Virus record (IMG/VR): IMGVR_UViG_3300017706_000575
Location: 1 to 52,184 of that record
Strand: one strand, 5' to 3'
Source of the DNA: a virus
Lineage: Duplodnaviria; Caudoviricetes
Length of the DNA stretch: 52,184 bases
How positions within the stretch are numbered: the stretch's first letter is position 1; every line of letters starts with the position of its first letter. Both the position numbers and the translations under genes were made by a program. Under the pieces are notes generated by a model. The model was not told the DNA's origin. It did not search any database and was given only the letters and a program-made list of their open reading frames with translations. Below, piece by piece: positions 1 to 7,730 of the stretch.

Positions 1-163
1 ATTTCTCTTTTGTTTTTATAGCTGAATCGTGTGGGTGGGGGTGTTCTATAAGATACCTATTTACTTCCCATACCACTTTGAACAAATCATTATCCGTAGC
101 ATTTCCATCCATATGATTACCTATAACATTATCAAGTTTAGTAAATAAATCTGTTTCTTTCAT
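1..163 (-). CDS. small hypothetical protein (MKETDLFTKLDNVIGNHMDG...), possibly running off the window edge
   Basis: ATG at 163, 2 nt after the stop of the 166..381 ORF; read manually; 3' end uncertain. Confidence 0.4.
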   Translation of the reverse strand, partial: MKETDLFTKLDNVIGNHMDGNATDNDLFKVVWEVNRYLIEHPHPHDSAIKTKEK

Positions 164-165
164 TT

Positions 166-381
166 CTATTTTGTTTTAAAGGTTTCTTTTAAATCTCTAA
201 TCCGTAACTCAAGGTCATCAACTCTTCCTTTTAGGAATATTTTCTTCCGATTAGTCTCTCCATCAAAACTTGAGTGCCAATAAACTTCATTCATCACAAT
301 ACTCATTTGATGTTCTAATGCCGCAAGCCTATCTAATACTTGAGTCTCAAATGATTTGGATGTTTCTCTAACTTCTTTCAT
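166..381 (-). CDS. hypothetical coiled-coil protein
   Basis: 71-aa ORF directly downstream of the tRNA cluster, co-oriented with neighbours. Confidence 0.6.
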   Translation of the reverse strand: MKEVRETSKSFETQVLDRLAALEHQMSIVMNEVYWHSSFDGETNRKKIFLKGRVDDLELRIRDLKETFKTK

Positions 382-400
382 TTCTCTTTGGTGTTAAAGG

Positions 401-474
401 TGGACCCTACAGGACTTGAACCTGTGACCTTTTCATTATGAGTGAACTGCTCTGACCAACTGAGCTAAGAGTCC
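401..474 (-). tRNA. tRNA with CAT anticodon, most likely tRNA-Ile2 (lysidine-modified, reads ATA)
   Basis: Revcomp GGACTCTTAGCTCAGTTGGTCAGAGCAGTTCACTCATAATGAAAAGGTCACAGGTTCAAGTCCTGTAGGGTCCA: acceptor GGACTCT/AGGGTCC, loop CT-CAT-AA, T-loop GTTCAAGT; body resembles bacterial Ile2 (ileX-type) more than fMet; no complete CCA. Confidence 0.88.
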
Positions 475-563
475 TGGTAGCCGGAGTGGGACTTGAACCC
501 ACACGGACATTACTGTCCAAAGGATTTTAAGTCCTTCATGTCTACCAATTCCATCATCCGGCC
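475..563 (-). tRNA. tRNA-Leu(TAA)
   Basis: Acceptor GGCCGGA/TCCGGCT, discriminator A, encoded CCA; anticodon arm AAGGA-CTTAAAA-TCCTT; long variable arm GGACAGTAATGTCC. Confidence 0.95.
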
Positions 564-568
564 AACAG

Positions 569-642
569 TGATCCCACAAGGACTTGAACCTTGAACCTAC
601 AGCTTAGAAGGCTGTTGCTCTATCCAATTGAGCTATAGGACC
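569..642 (-). tRNA. tRNA-Arg(TCT)
   Basis: Acceptor GGTCCTA/TGGGATC; anticodon arm ACAGC-CTTCTAA-GCTGT; T-loop GTTCAAGT; no encoded CCA. Confidence 0.95.
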
Positions 643-649
643 TGATGAT

Positions 650-657
650 CAAATTTA
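650..657 (-). promoter_or_regulatory. Bacteroidota-type -7 promoter element TAAATTTG upstream of the tRNA cluster
   Basis: Exact TAnnTTTG match ending 7 nt before the 5' end of tRNA-Arg; overlaps the TAA stop of the upstream ORF. Confidence 0.55.
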
Positions 658-1059
658 GTCACGTTTTTCTGAATATCCAAGCTCAATTGCTTCTTTAGGA
701 TGCTCTTCTATATACATATGACAAGCTCTACAGACTGAAAGCCAAGTGCTAACCACTAAATGATATTTACCACGTCCTTTTTTGTGATGAACATCTGTTG
801 AACCACCGGCACAACAAGGCAAAGCTGCTTGACACATTGGATTTTCTTCCATAAACTTACGTCTAAGTTTAGTGTAAGCTTGATCAATGACCTGCATCTT
901 CTTTGACTTTTGATTGATGGGTGTTTTCTTTAGTGGTTTAGCATCTGAACTCTTACTTCTATACCAGCAACTCTTGCAATACCTATTACCCTTATCATTT
1001 TTCCAAATGAATTGGTCAGTATTGCAATTGCTGCACAGCTTCTTTTTCTGTTTAATCAC
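655..1059 (-). CDS. Zn-binding HNH-family (NinG/Ref-like) endonuclease
   Basis: N-terminal CxxC...CxxC; C-terminal CQ...DVHHKKGRG...VCRACH...H HNH-like signature. Confidence 0.65.
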   Translation of the reverse strand: MIKQKKKLCSNCNTDQFIWKNDKGNRYCKSCWYRSKSSDAKPLKKTPINQKSKKMQVIDQAYTKLRRKFMEENPMCQAALPCCAGGSTDVHHKKGRGKYHLVVSTWLSVCRACHMYIEEHPKEAIELGYSEKRD

Positions 1060-1598
1060 GCTTTAAGTTGTTTTTGGTTATCATTAGGCTTAAGAGTAAG
1101 AAAGTTCTTAGGCAATAAACCCTTTGACATGAACAGTAAGATTACATCTTCATAATTAACGTTTAAATCTTTAAAGGTTAAAGTATTATTGTAATCCTCC
1201 AGATATTCATCAACTGGTATATTAAGCATAAACTCTACAGCAGGGCCTTTGAATGTCCTTTTGAAATAGTTGTTAACTTTCTTATTGCAAATCATCTGCT
1301 TCCAAGCATTGATTTCTCTTTGGCCTCTTCTCCAGACTTTAGATATTCTTCTCTTCTTATCCCAGTGCAACTTTTCAACTTCAGCTTTGTCATAAACATT
1401 TAACCCGTGTAACACTCTTTTAAATAAGAAATGCTGATAAGAGTTTAGTGATGAGTATGTGAAGTTGTTAATTATTGAGGTTGGATGTAACTGATATTCT
1501 TCCAGTAATCCGTAGTAGTGGTAACGTTGCAAAAGCTGTGATAATAGAGCTTTACTTTCATTTTCTTTTATTTGTGTTATTTGTTCCTGAGATAGCAT
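1056..1598 (-). CDS. hypothetical protein (start re-called at MLSQEQ, 1598)
   Basis: ORF-track start at 1667 lies inside a terminator hairpin; ATG at 1598 has an A-rich leader. Confidence 0.7.
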   Translation of the reverse strand: MLSQEQITQIKENESKALLSQLLQRYHYYGLLEEYQLHPTSIINNFTYSSLNSYQHFLFKRVLHGLNVYDKAEVEKLHWDKKRRISKVWRRGQREINAWKQMICNKKVNNYFKRTFKGPAVEFMLNIPVDEYLEDYNNTLTFKDLNVNYEDVILLFMSKGLLPKNFLTLKPNDNQKQLKA

Positions 1599-1650
1599 AC
1601 ATATGTTTTTTGTTTTTTTAAATAATAAATTGAATAAGATGTTTAAAATG

Positions 1651-1685
1651 AAAGAGGGAACCTCCACCTAAGTGTTAGTCCCCTC
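1651..1685 (-). terminator. hairpin or weak intrinsic terminator after the 1713..2282 gene
   Basis: Minus strand GAGGGGAC...GTTCCCTC followed by TTTCATTTT. Confidence 0.55.
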
Positions 1686-1712
1686 CATGCATTCTTTAGA
1701 GTGATCTATGTT

Positions 1713-2282
1713 TTACAGTTCAAAAGTTTCTGCTTCTTCAGAAACCTCTTCAACTATTTCATTAACAGGTTCTTCTGTTATTTCTTCATCACTTGCGTCA
1801 AATCCAAATGCTTTAGCTGGATCTTCTGGCATAGCTACTGTAGATTTTTCAGCGTTGAAGTTAGAAGCATTGGCTTCTTTAATAGCATCACCATTATTGT
1901 GAGCTACCAAGACATCCTGTGATGCTGCATCAGCAACATAGAATGTTTTCCTATAAATAGGTTCTCCATCAACACAACAAATGATACCTGTATCACCTGC
2001 ATACTTTAAATCACGATCTGGATTATTCTGATTGAACGGTGTTAACTGTTCTTTGATTACAATTCTACCTGGTATTGTTTCCATACTACTTAGTCCTAAT
2101 GACTGAAGGTCTTCTAACTTACCATGTAATAGTGTACTAATGTTTGACTTTTTAACCCAGCCATTGTTACCAAATGTAACTCTGTCTTGTTGTAGTCTTA
2201 CAAATCCATACTCTGAACTTGTGCTTGATTGGCGGATAACATTTCCCATGTCATCAGCAACGATGTTTACTTTACTTTGCAT
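1713..2282 (-). CDS. hypothetical protein, possibly ssDNA-binding (beta-rich core, acidic C-terminal tail)
   Basis: 189 aa; tail DEEITEEPVNEIVEEVSEEAETFEL resembles phage SSB tails; function inferred only. Confidence 0.55.
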   Translation of the reverse strand: MQSKVNIVADDMGNVIRQSSTSSEYGFVRLQQDRVTFGNNGWVKKSNISTLLHGKLEDLQSLGLSSMETIPGRIVIKEQLTPFNQNNPDRDLKYAGDTGIICCVDGEPIYRKTFYVADAASQDVLVAHNNGDAIKEANASNFNAEKSTVAMPEDPAKAFGFDASDEEITEEPVNEIVEEVSEEAETFEL

Positions 2283-2325
2283 AATTTTTGTTGTTAAATA
2301 ATAAAATGATTGATGTGTCTATCTT

Positions 2326-2592
2326 TTAGACATCATCATTGTGAAAATCAGGGTCAATTCTTTTTTCAATCTCTTCAATTTCATCTAAAGCTGGTTCTCT
2401 TTCCTGAAGATAATCTTCAGAATCTTGGTCTATCTTGTTTGAATTGAAATAAGTATTGTAGAAAGGATTACCCACTTCTTTAGTATAAGCTGCGCTAAGA
2501 CCGTTGAGGTCTTGTATCTCTTCATCAGAAAGAGATAAGTATTGCTCAACTGAGCATTCAACTATACGTCCATTAGGTAACTGAATTATCAT
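2326..2592 (-). CDS. acidic hypothetical protein
   Basis: 88-aa ORF preceded by TAAATTTG element. Confidence 0.7.
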   Translation of the reverse strand: MIIQLPNGRIVECSVEQYLSLSDEEIQDLNGLSAAYTKEVGNPFYNTYFNSNKIDQDSEDYLQEREPALDEIEEIEKRIDPDFHNDDV

Positions 2593-2614
2593 TCTATTTG
2601 CTAAGTAAGTTTAA

Positions 2615-2622
2615 CAAATTTA
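2615..2622 (-). promoter_or_regulatory. Bacteroidota-type -7 element TAAATTTG
   Basis: Intergenic exact TAnnTTTG match about 22 nt upstream of ATG 2592. Confidence 0.5.
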
Positions 2623-2707
2623 TAATAAATACATCACTTAATTTGGTATATCAAATACAATTTAGTATAAGAGCAGAATTTAAAGAGCATATATATAGCT
2701 AATGGTA

Positions 2708-2956
2708 CTATTTTATTATTAGCTTTCTGCCTACTCTTTTGACATAACCTTGTTCTTTCAGTTCTTTTATCAATCTTTTAATTGTTCTTTGACTTACATT
2801 TAAGTCGTCAGCTAGTGTTGATATAGAAGGAAAGCAAGATCTTTGTTTATTGGCATAGCAAGCAAGTGTTGAATAAACAGCTTTTGCTTGCAGTGATAAA
2901 TCTGGTTCTGTTATGACATCACGGCTAACAATACCAAATCTATAGTTTGATGACAT
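2708..2956 (-). CDS. helix-turn-helix protein (HTH_36 / replication-initiator-like winged HTH)
   Basis: LSLQAKAVYSTLACYANK..SCFPSISTLADDLNVSQRTIKRLIKELKEQGYV is a typical HTH_36 pattern. Confidence 0.8.
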   Translation of the reverse strand: MSSNYRFGIVSRDVITEPDLSLQAKAVYSTLACYANKQRSCFPSISTLADDLNVSQRTIKRLIKELKEQGYVKRVGRKLIIK

Positions 2957-3125
2957 GTCTAGACATTATTATTAATAAGGCTATGTTAGGATCTAACTCC
3001 TTTTCTAGTTCCTTATCTTCAAAGTGATATCTAGAGTTCATTACTCTACCAAAAGGTTCTCTATTTTTTAGTTTCTGCCATTCACTATAATCTTTTCTTA
3101 ATAGTTCTACTGATATACTTGCCAT
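2940..3125 (-). CDS. hypothetical protein
   Basis: 61 aa, overlaps the start of the next gene. Confidence 0.6.
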   Translation of the reverse strand: MASISVELLRKDYSEWQKLKNREPFGRVMNSRYHFEDKELEKELDPNIALLIIMSRHVIKL

Positions 3126-3127
3126 AA

Positions 3128-3673
3128 TTATAATTCATTCTGTAGTTTTTCTTCTTCTTCCTTTATTAAATCTAAAAGATCTCTCTGTGCCGGTTTCTCT
3201 ACCTGTTTAAAGTAAGGTATGTCTTCCTTAGATACCTTTTGTAATGAAAAGGTTGTTATTGAATAATTGTCTTTGATTAGTTCCCTGTCATAATAAAGCA
3301 GATCCACTTTCATCTTATGAGAGTATGGGTCAAATTCACTTGACCATGAACCATCTTCTGTAATTATACCATAGACATATTTATCTTCTGTTGCTAGACC
3401 ATTATCCATAAGGACATCCCATTCAAACTTATCACCTTCATGATAAGCTGGTGGTTTTGCTTTCACATAGTCACCAATTGCTAGTGGTATATGTACATCT
3501 TTAGATAATATCATTTCCATTAAGGCACTAACATGGTCACGATTCAGTGAAGTACTTAATATACTTATGACGTTTTCCATATTGCCTTTGTTCTCAAGCT
3601 TATCTTTATTTATTATAGATTTAATAATGTGTTTAACAGTGTCTGCTGCTAAGCTATATGTTTCTTCTTTCAT
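3128..3673 (-). CDS. hypothetical protein
   Basis: 181-aa ORF in tight operon spacing. Confidence 0.7.
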   Translation of the reverse strand: MKEETYSLAADTVKHIIKSIINKDKLENKGNMENVISILSTSLNRDHVSALMEMILSKDVHIPLAIGDYVKAKPPAYHEGDKFEWDVLMDNGLATEDKYVYGIITEDGSWSSEFDPYSHKMKVDLLYYDRELIKDNYSITTFSLQKVSKEDIPYFKQVEKPAQRDLLDLIKEEEEKLQNEL

Positions 3674-3684
3674 GATTTAATTTT

Positions 3685-3769
3685 AAAAAAACATAGTAGA
3701 CCAACCATACTGCGAACAGCTTTAAAACCAAATTAAAAATGAATTTGTATGATTGATACTACTATGTTT
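3685..3769 (-). ncRNA. candidate structured sRNA: ~22-bp hairpin with large loop containing UUUGGUUUU, followed by U-tract
   Basis: Minus strand AAACATAGTAG-T-ATCAATCATAC pairs with GTATGGTTGGT-CTACTATGTTT; the two mismatches are G.U pairs only on the minus (sense) strand. Confidence 0.5.
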
Positions 3770-3885
3770 AGGTTACCACTATAACCATTATATGTTATGC
3801 TTTCCTGCTATGCTATCAACTGATACTACCTAGTGATATTATAGATATAATATTACTGGTGTTGTTAGGGTGACAGGTGTGGCAC

Positions 3886-4206
3886 TTATTTTTTGCGTCT
3901 TTTAATTTCTAATGTCATACATGGTAGTACAATCATTAGAGCTACGTCTTTCTTGTATCCGTTGTCAACTCCTATGGCCAATCCAAAGACGGGTTGCCAT
4001 TCAAAGTTTACAATAGGAACCATGGATGTATTGTCCCAGTGTACCATCCAAAATAATGAATTAGATATAACGGTTACAATGGATAAAACACATATTACAT
4101 TTGCTAGTCCTGACATATGTATATCTGTAAATAGATAACATAAGGCTGTTGCTATTACCACTACGGGTAATATAACAACATAAAATAATTTTACAATAGA
4201 TTTCAT
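3886..4206 (-). CDS. small membrane protein
   Basis: 106 aa with two clear N-terminal hydrophobic helices. Confidence 0.65.
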   Translation of the reverse strand: MKSIVKLFYVVILPVVVIATALCYLFTDIHMSGLANVICVLSIVTVISNSLFWMVHWDNTSMVPIVNFEWQPVFGLAIGVDNGYKKDVALMIVLPCMTLEIKRRKK

Positions 4207-4212
4207 GGCAGT

Positions 4213-4500
4213 TTAATTAAAAGATGAATAATAAGTTAAATAAGATTTACGATCATGATGAGACCATTGCTTTTCAATAAGATCATGCTCAAATGCTAGA
4301 TCTCTAAATGATTCATCAGTTTTTAGTTTTTCATTTAAGTCTATCATTAAAGGAGACTTAATTTCATTACGTTTGATTACGAAATGTTGGTTACCTGTAA
4401 ATAGGTTAACCTTTGGGTTGTCATCTGTATTGAACAGAATGATTCCAATGTTTTCTTTGTACTGAACAAAACGTTCAGGATGTGTGATAAGTATTTGCAT
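4213..4500 (-). CDS. hypothetical protein
   Basis: 95-aa ORF with A-rich leader. Confidence 0.65.
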   Translation of the reverse strand: MQILITHPERFVQYKENIGIILFNTDDNPKVNLFTGNQHFVIKRNEIKSPLMIDLNEKLKTDESFRDLAFEHDLIEKQWSHHDRKSYLTYYSSFN

Positions 4501-5028
4501 ATGTTTTTGTTTTTTGTATTAGTGGTTAATGTAAAGACACCCATAAGAAGCAGATGATTAAGGCTTATATTCTCCTCATACTATACTAGTAATAGTATAA
4601 CTGCTCCTGTTATTATTAGGTTGGACCTCCCAGTCCTCATTCAATCATTTTGATTGGTGCTCTACGTAAAGATTGTTAATGTAGTGATTTCTATATTGCG
4701 GGTAATACTATGCTATTCCTATAGAGGAAGAAACAAAGACTACTCATGTTATAGTGTCAAGTGTAATAGTTACACCTGTTGTAGTGTTAGCTATATTTAT
4801 ATCTATATGGTCCAGTGATTATAATAAGGGCCTTAAAGGTGGTTTATATGGCTTATGAGACCTCATCTATACATTGCAACACACAAATAAATAAAAAATA
4901 AGTTGTGTAATACGCAATGTGCACTGCAAAACATAGTTAGGGAGCAGAGAGTAGAGGAAAGTTCAAGAGCAGAGAACAGAAAGAGGTAGAATAACAAAAA
5001 ATAAGCCGTGTAACTAGCAATGGTGATT

Positions 5029-5060
5029 AAAAAAAAGGGAAAGCTTTTACACTCTCCCTT
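5029..5060 (-). terminator. intrinsic terminator
   Basis: Minus strand AAGGGAGAG-loop-CTTTCCCTT plus T-run, 10 nt after stop at 5071. Confidence 0.7.
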
Positions 5061-5070
5061 GTTCTGATGC

Positions 5071-5415
5071 TTATGGATTCTCTACGTCATAGGCTTCCAC
5101 CCAAAACATATTAGTTTCCTCACCAGTCTTCATGTCAATCTGTGGATTGGATGAAAATCTAAAGCCTACCAATTCATGTCCAGGCTCAAGCTTTTGCATG
5201 AGTGACTGAATGGTAGGATGGTTTGCCCTCATTGTCTTACCCGTAGATGGGTCTTTAAGAGATAGGCTACCCCATACAATACTTTGAGTGCTGGAAGCTG
5301 ATACCTCAACTCCAGCAATCTTTTTGATTGTGTTGGTCACAGGATGGGATGTACATTGTAGCACCGCAGAGCCTGTAGACTCATTAATTTGCATTTTTCT
5401 GTAGAATACGTTCAC
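5071..5415 (-). CDS. hypothetical protein, first gene of the minus-strand arm (probable GTG start at 5415)
   Basis: In-frame GTG preceded by A-rich AACAAAATTAATAACTAATAAC leader; ORF track extends to 5454. Confidence 0.6.
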   Translation of the reverse strand: MNVFYRKMQINESTGSAVLQCTSHPVTNTIKKIAGVEVSASSTQSIVWGSLSLKDPSTGKTMRANHPTIQSLMQKLEPGHELVGFRFSSNPQIDMKTGEETNMFWVEAYDVENP

Positions 5416-5628
5416 GTTATTAGTTATTAATTTTGTTGGATACCACTTAGACACGGGGGTACCCTTACCGCAAAAATTAGTTGGGGATCAGATAGCTAGA
5501 TCCTCTCAAGCATGCAATACACAGAACATTTGGTATACGTGAGGGGTGTAAAAAATTAGGAAAAAAAATTTTTTGTGTGTCCCGTGGGCAATGAAATATT
5601 ATAAATTATTTTCAGAACACAGTATAAA

Positions 5629-5648
5629 TTTGTATATTACTTATATAG
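5629..5648 (+). promoter_or_regulatory. phage late-promoter motif TTTGTATATTA-N4-TATA
   Basis: One of five exact intergenic TTTGTATATTA copies found upstream of plus-strand genes. Confidence 0.65.
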
Positions 5649-5674
5649 AAGTAGAACATTAATTTGTAACAGCT

Positions 5675-5992
5675 ATGAGTGAAGAAGAAAAAAACAAAGA
5701 TCCATTAGATGACATTTATCAGAAACAGATAGAAGAAGAGATGGTTAATATTGCATATGATAATTCGTATAAAATATTAAGTGGGGAAATGACTTTTGAT
5801 TCTTTGTTGGAGTGTAACTATGTAGATGGGGATTCAGCACTTATGGGTTTTGATCCGGAATATGGCCCATTGCAATCAGAATTAGAAAATATGATTGAAT
5901 GGTATATAGACTCAGAGGAGTATGAAAGATGTGCTAAACTTCATGAAATATTAATAAGTAAATATCCAAAATCAATAGATGCTAGTTCGTGA
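5675..5992 (+). CDS. acidic protein with C-terminal UVR (UvrB/C)-like coiled-coil motif
   Basis: LENMIEWYIDSEEYERCAKLHEIL resembles the UVR motif. Confidence 0.55.
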   Translation: MSEEEKNKDPLDDIYQKQIEEEMVNIAYDNSYKILSGEMTFDSLLECNYVDGDSALMGFDPEYGPLQSELENMIEWYIDSEEYERCAKLHEILISKYPKSIDASS

Positions 5993-6482
5993 GAAATATA
6001 AATATGAAGGTCAAGCAAAGATAGAGCATGATGATTGGGCTAAGTATTTTTCCTTATCTACAATAGGAGAAGAGTATGAGGTTTTATACAATACGGAAGA
6101 TGGGATGCTTATTATGTCAGATACAGAATATGAAGCAATCACCAATCAAGAGTTTTTTGAGAACGTCAAGAAGGGTGATAAAATTTTGTCTATTGGTTAT
6201 GGTATAGGGTTTATAAATGATCGTGTAATAGAAGAAGGGGCAGACTTAACCGTTATAGAAAAATATCCAGACGTTGTTCTATTAGATGAAAATGTAAATC
6301 CCAACGTACATATACTATATGGGGACGTAAATAGATTTCCATTTAAACAGGTATTTGGAGATGAAAAATTTGACATTGTGTATTTTGATTCTTATGAAGA
6401 AACAAATGATCCAAATGTTATTGAGGATTTAAAAAAATTATTAAAACCAAAGGGTAAGTACATCCGATGGAAACACTTATAA
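5979..6482 (+). CDS. class I SAM-dependent methyltransferase (RMT2/GAMT- or spermidine-synthase-like)
   Basis: Motif I GDKILSIGYGIG, post-I LTVIEKYPDV, ILYGD, FDIVYFDSY. Confidence 0.75.
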   Translation: MLVREKYKYEGQAKIEHDDWAKYFSLSTIGEEYEVLYNTEDGMLIMSDTEYEAITNQEFFENVKKGDKILSIGYGIGFINDRVIEEGADLTVIEKYPDVVLLDENVNPNVHILYGDVNRFPFKQVFGDEKFDIVYFDSYEETNDPNVIEDLKKLLKPKGKYIRWKHL

Positions 6483-6493
6483 AAATAAATAAA

Positions 6494-6844
6494 ATGGGAA
6501 ATATACTACAAGACATGATGGGTATGCTGTCAAGAAAAAAGACAGTGACACCTAAAACTGATGATTATGTTGCAATAGCAAGATATGCTGGTGCACAAGA
6601 AAGAATGAAACCTCATCCAAAAGTTGAGACAGAACTTATTACACTAGGTTCTATTAAAACATTTACTAATGCAGGTTTGAATTGTTTACCAAAAACAGGG
6701 GGAACCATTTCTGGTAATTTAGATGTTACTGGAACAATAGAACTTTCATCATCAGGTGAAGGTATTATTCTTACTTCACCAGACGGTACAAAATTTAAGC
6801 AAACAATAAGTAACGCAGGAGTTCCTGAATATACAGCAATATAA
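6494..6844 (+). CDS. putative virion/fibre-associated small protein (start re-called at MGNILQD)
   Basis: LPKTGGTISGNLDV and IILTSPDGTKFKQTISNAG resemble phage fibre motifs; ATG 6494 follows an A-rich leader. Confidence 0.55.
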   Translation: MGNILQDMMGMLSRKKTVTPKTDDYVAIARYAGAQERMKPHPKVETELITLGSIKTFTNAGLNCLPKTGGTISGNLDVTGTIELSSSGEGIILTSPDGTKFKQTISNAGVPEYTAI

Positions 6845-7035
6845 TGGCAGCAAAGAAAAAAAGTACAGTTAACAGTTCTGGTAATTATACAAAACCGGGA
6901 ATGCGTAAGAGATTATTTAATTCTATTAAGGCAGGTGGAAAAGGTGGGGCTCCTGGTCAGTGGTCTGCACGTAAAGCTCAAATGCTAGCTAAACGTTATA
7001 AAGCTAACGGAGGCGGATATAAATCTAAAAAGTAA
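6844..7035 (+). CDS. small very basic protein (N-terminal half of DUF5872-like family)
   Basis: NYTKPGMRKR...GGKGGAPGQWSARKAQMLAKRYKANGGGY motif. Confidence 0.7.
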   Translation: MAAKKKSTVNSSGNYTKPGMRKRLFNSIKAGGKGGAPGQWSARKAQMLAKRYKANGGGYKSKK

Positions 7036-7274
7036 TGAAAGATCTTACTCTAAATATTGGCAATATAATTTGGATCATAGGTATAATATTTACAATGGGT
7101 ATAGCCTATAGTCAAATAGCACAGTTATCAGATGATATGGTGGTATTAGAATCTAGATTAGAAAAGAAGATCAGAATGATTAATGAATCTGAAGATAGAA
7201 TTGTAAACTTAGAGAAAGAACTTATCAGGCTTCAAGAGTCCCAGTGTAAACATAAAAGAAATGGCAAAAACTAA
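7035..7274 (+). CDS. single-TM coiled-coil protein (holin/spanin-like?)
   Basis: IGNIIWIIGIIFTMGIAY hydrophobic segment followed by heptad pattern; TAATG coupling to the upstream gene. Confidence 0.55.
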   Translation: MKDLTLNIGNIIWIIGIIFTMGIAYSQIAQLSDDMVVLESRLEKKIRMINESEDRIVNLEKELIRLQESQCKHKRNGKN

Positions 7275-7503
7275 ACAACAAAAAAGTCTTAGCAGATGGA
7301 CTAAACAGAAATGGACAACCGCATCAGGAAAAAAGAGTTCTGAAACAGGAGAGGTTTATGCACCTAAGAAGACTATTGCTAAATTAAAAAGCACTAAAAA
7401 AGGAAAAGCTAAACTAGCAGCTGCAAATAAAAAAAAGCGTGCTGCCACAAAGAAAGGTAAACAACATGCAAGTCACGGTTTGCATAAAGGTAAAAAAAGA
7501 TAA
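7261..7503 (+). CDS. small very basic protein (C-terminal half of DUF5872-like family)
   Basis: QKSLSRWTKQKWTTASGKKSSETGEVYAPKK; 27 of 80 residues are K/R. Confidence 0.7.
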   Translation: MAKTKQQKSLSRWTKQKWTTASGKKSSETGEVYAPKKTIAKLKSTKKGKAKLAAANKKKRAATKKGKQHASHGLHKGKKR

Positions 7504-7505
7504 TT

Positions 7506-7730
7506 ATGGCACTAAAGAAAAAAAAGTCAGTAGCAGCAAAACCAATGGCTAAATCTGTTTATAAAAAGGGTGGGTCAGTAGGATCTACCAAAAGTGTAAA
7601 AGCACCAGCAGGTTTTCACTGGATGAAAAGTGGATCTGAATTTAAACTTATGAAACACTCTGGAAAGTTTGTTCCTCACAACGGAGGATCATTAGTTGCT
7701 AAGTTTAAGGTTCAAAAGAAACACAAGTAA
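7506..7730 (+). CDS. small basic protein
   Basis: Lys-rich; contains YKKGG and VKAPAGFHWMK. Confidence 0.7.
   Translation: MALKKKKSVAAKPMAKSVYKKGGSVGSTKSVKAPAGFHWMKSGSEFKLMKHSGKFVPHNGGSLVAKFKVQKKHK

Noticed and set aside
1701-1922. Plus-strand ORFs 1701..1922 and 1708..1902 (also 3893..4138)
   Set aside because: Antisense shadows of longer minus-strand genes in a uniformly minus-strand arm
5979-6482. DNA methyltransferase / restriction-modification
   Set aside because: No DPPY/NPPY or PCQ catalytic motif and no target-recognition domain
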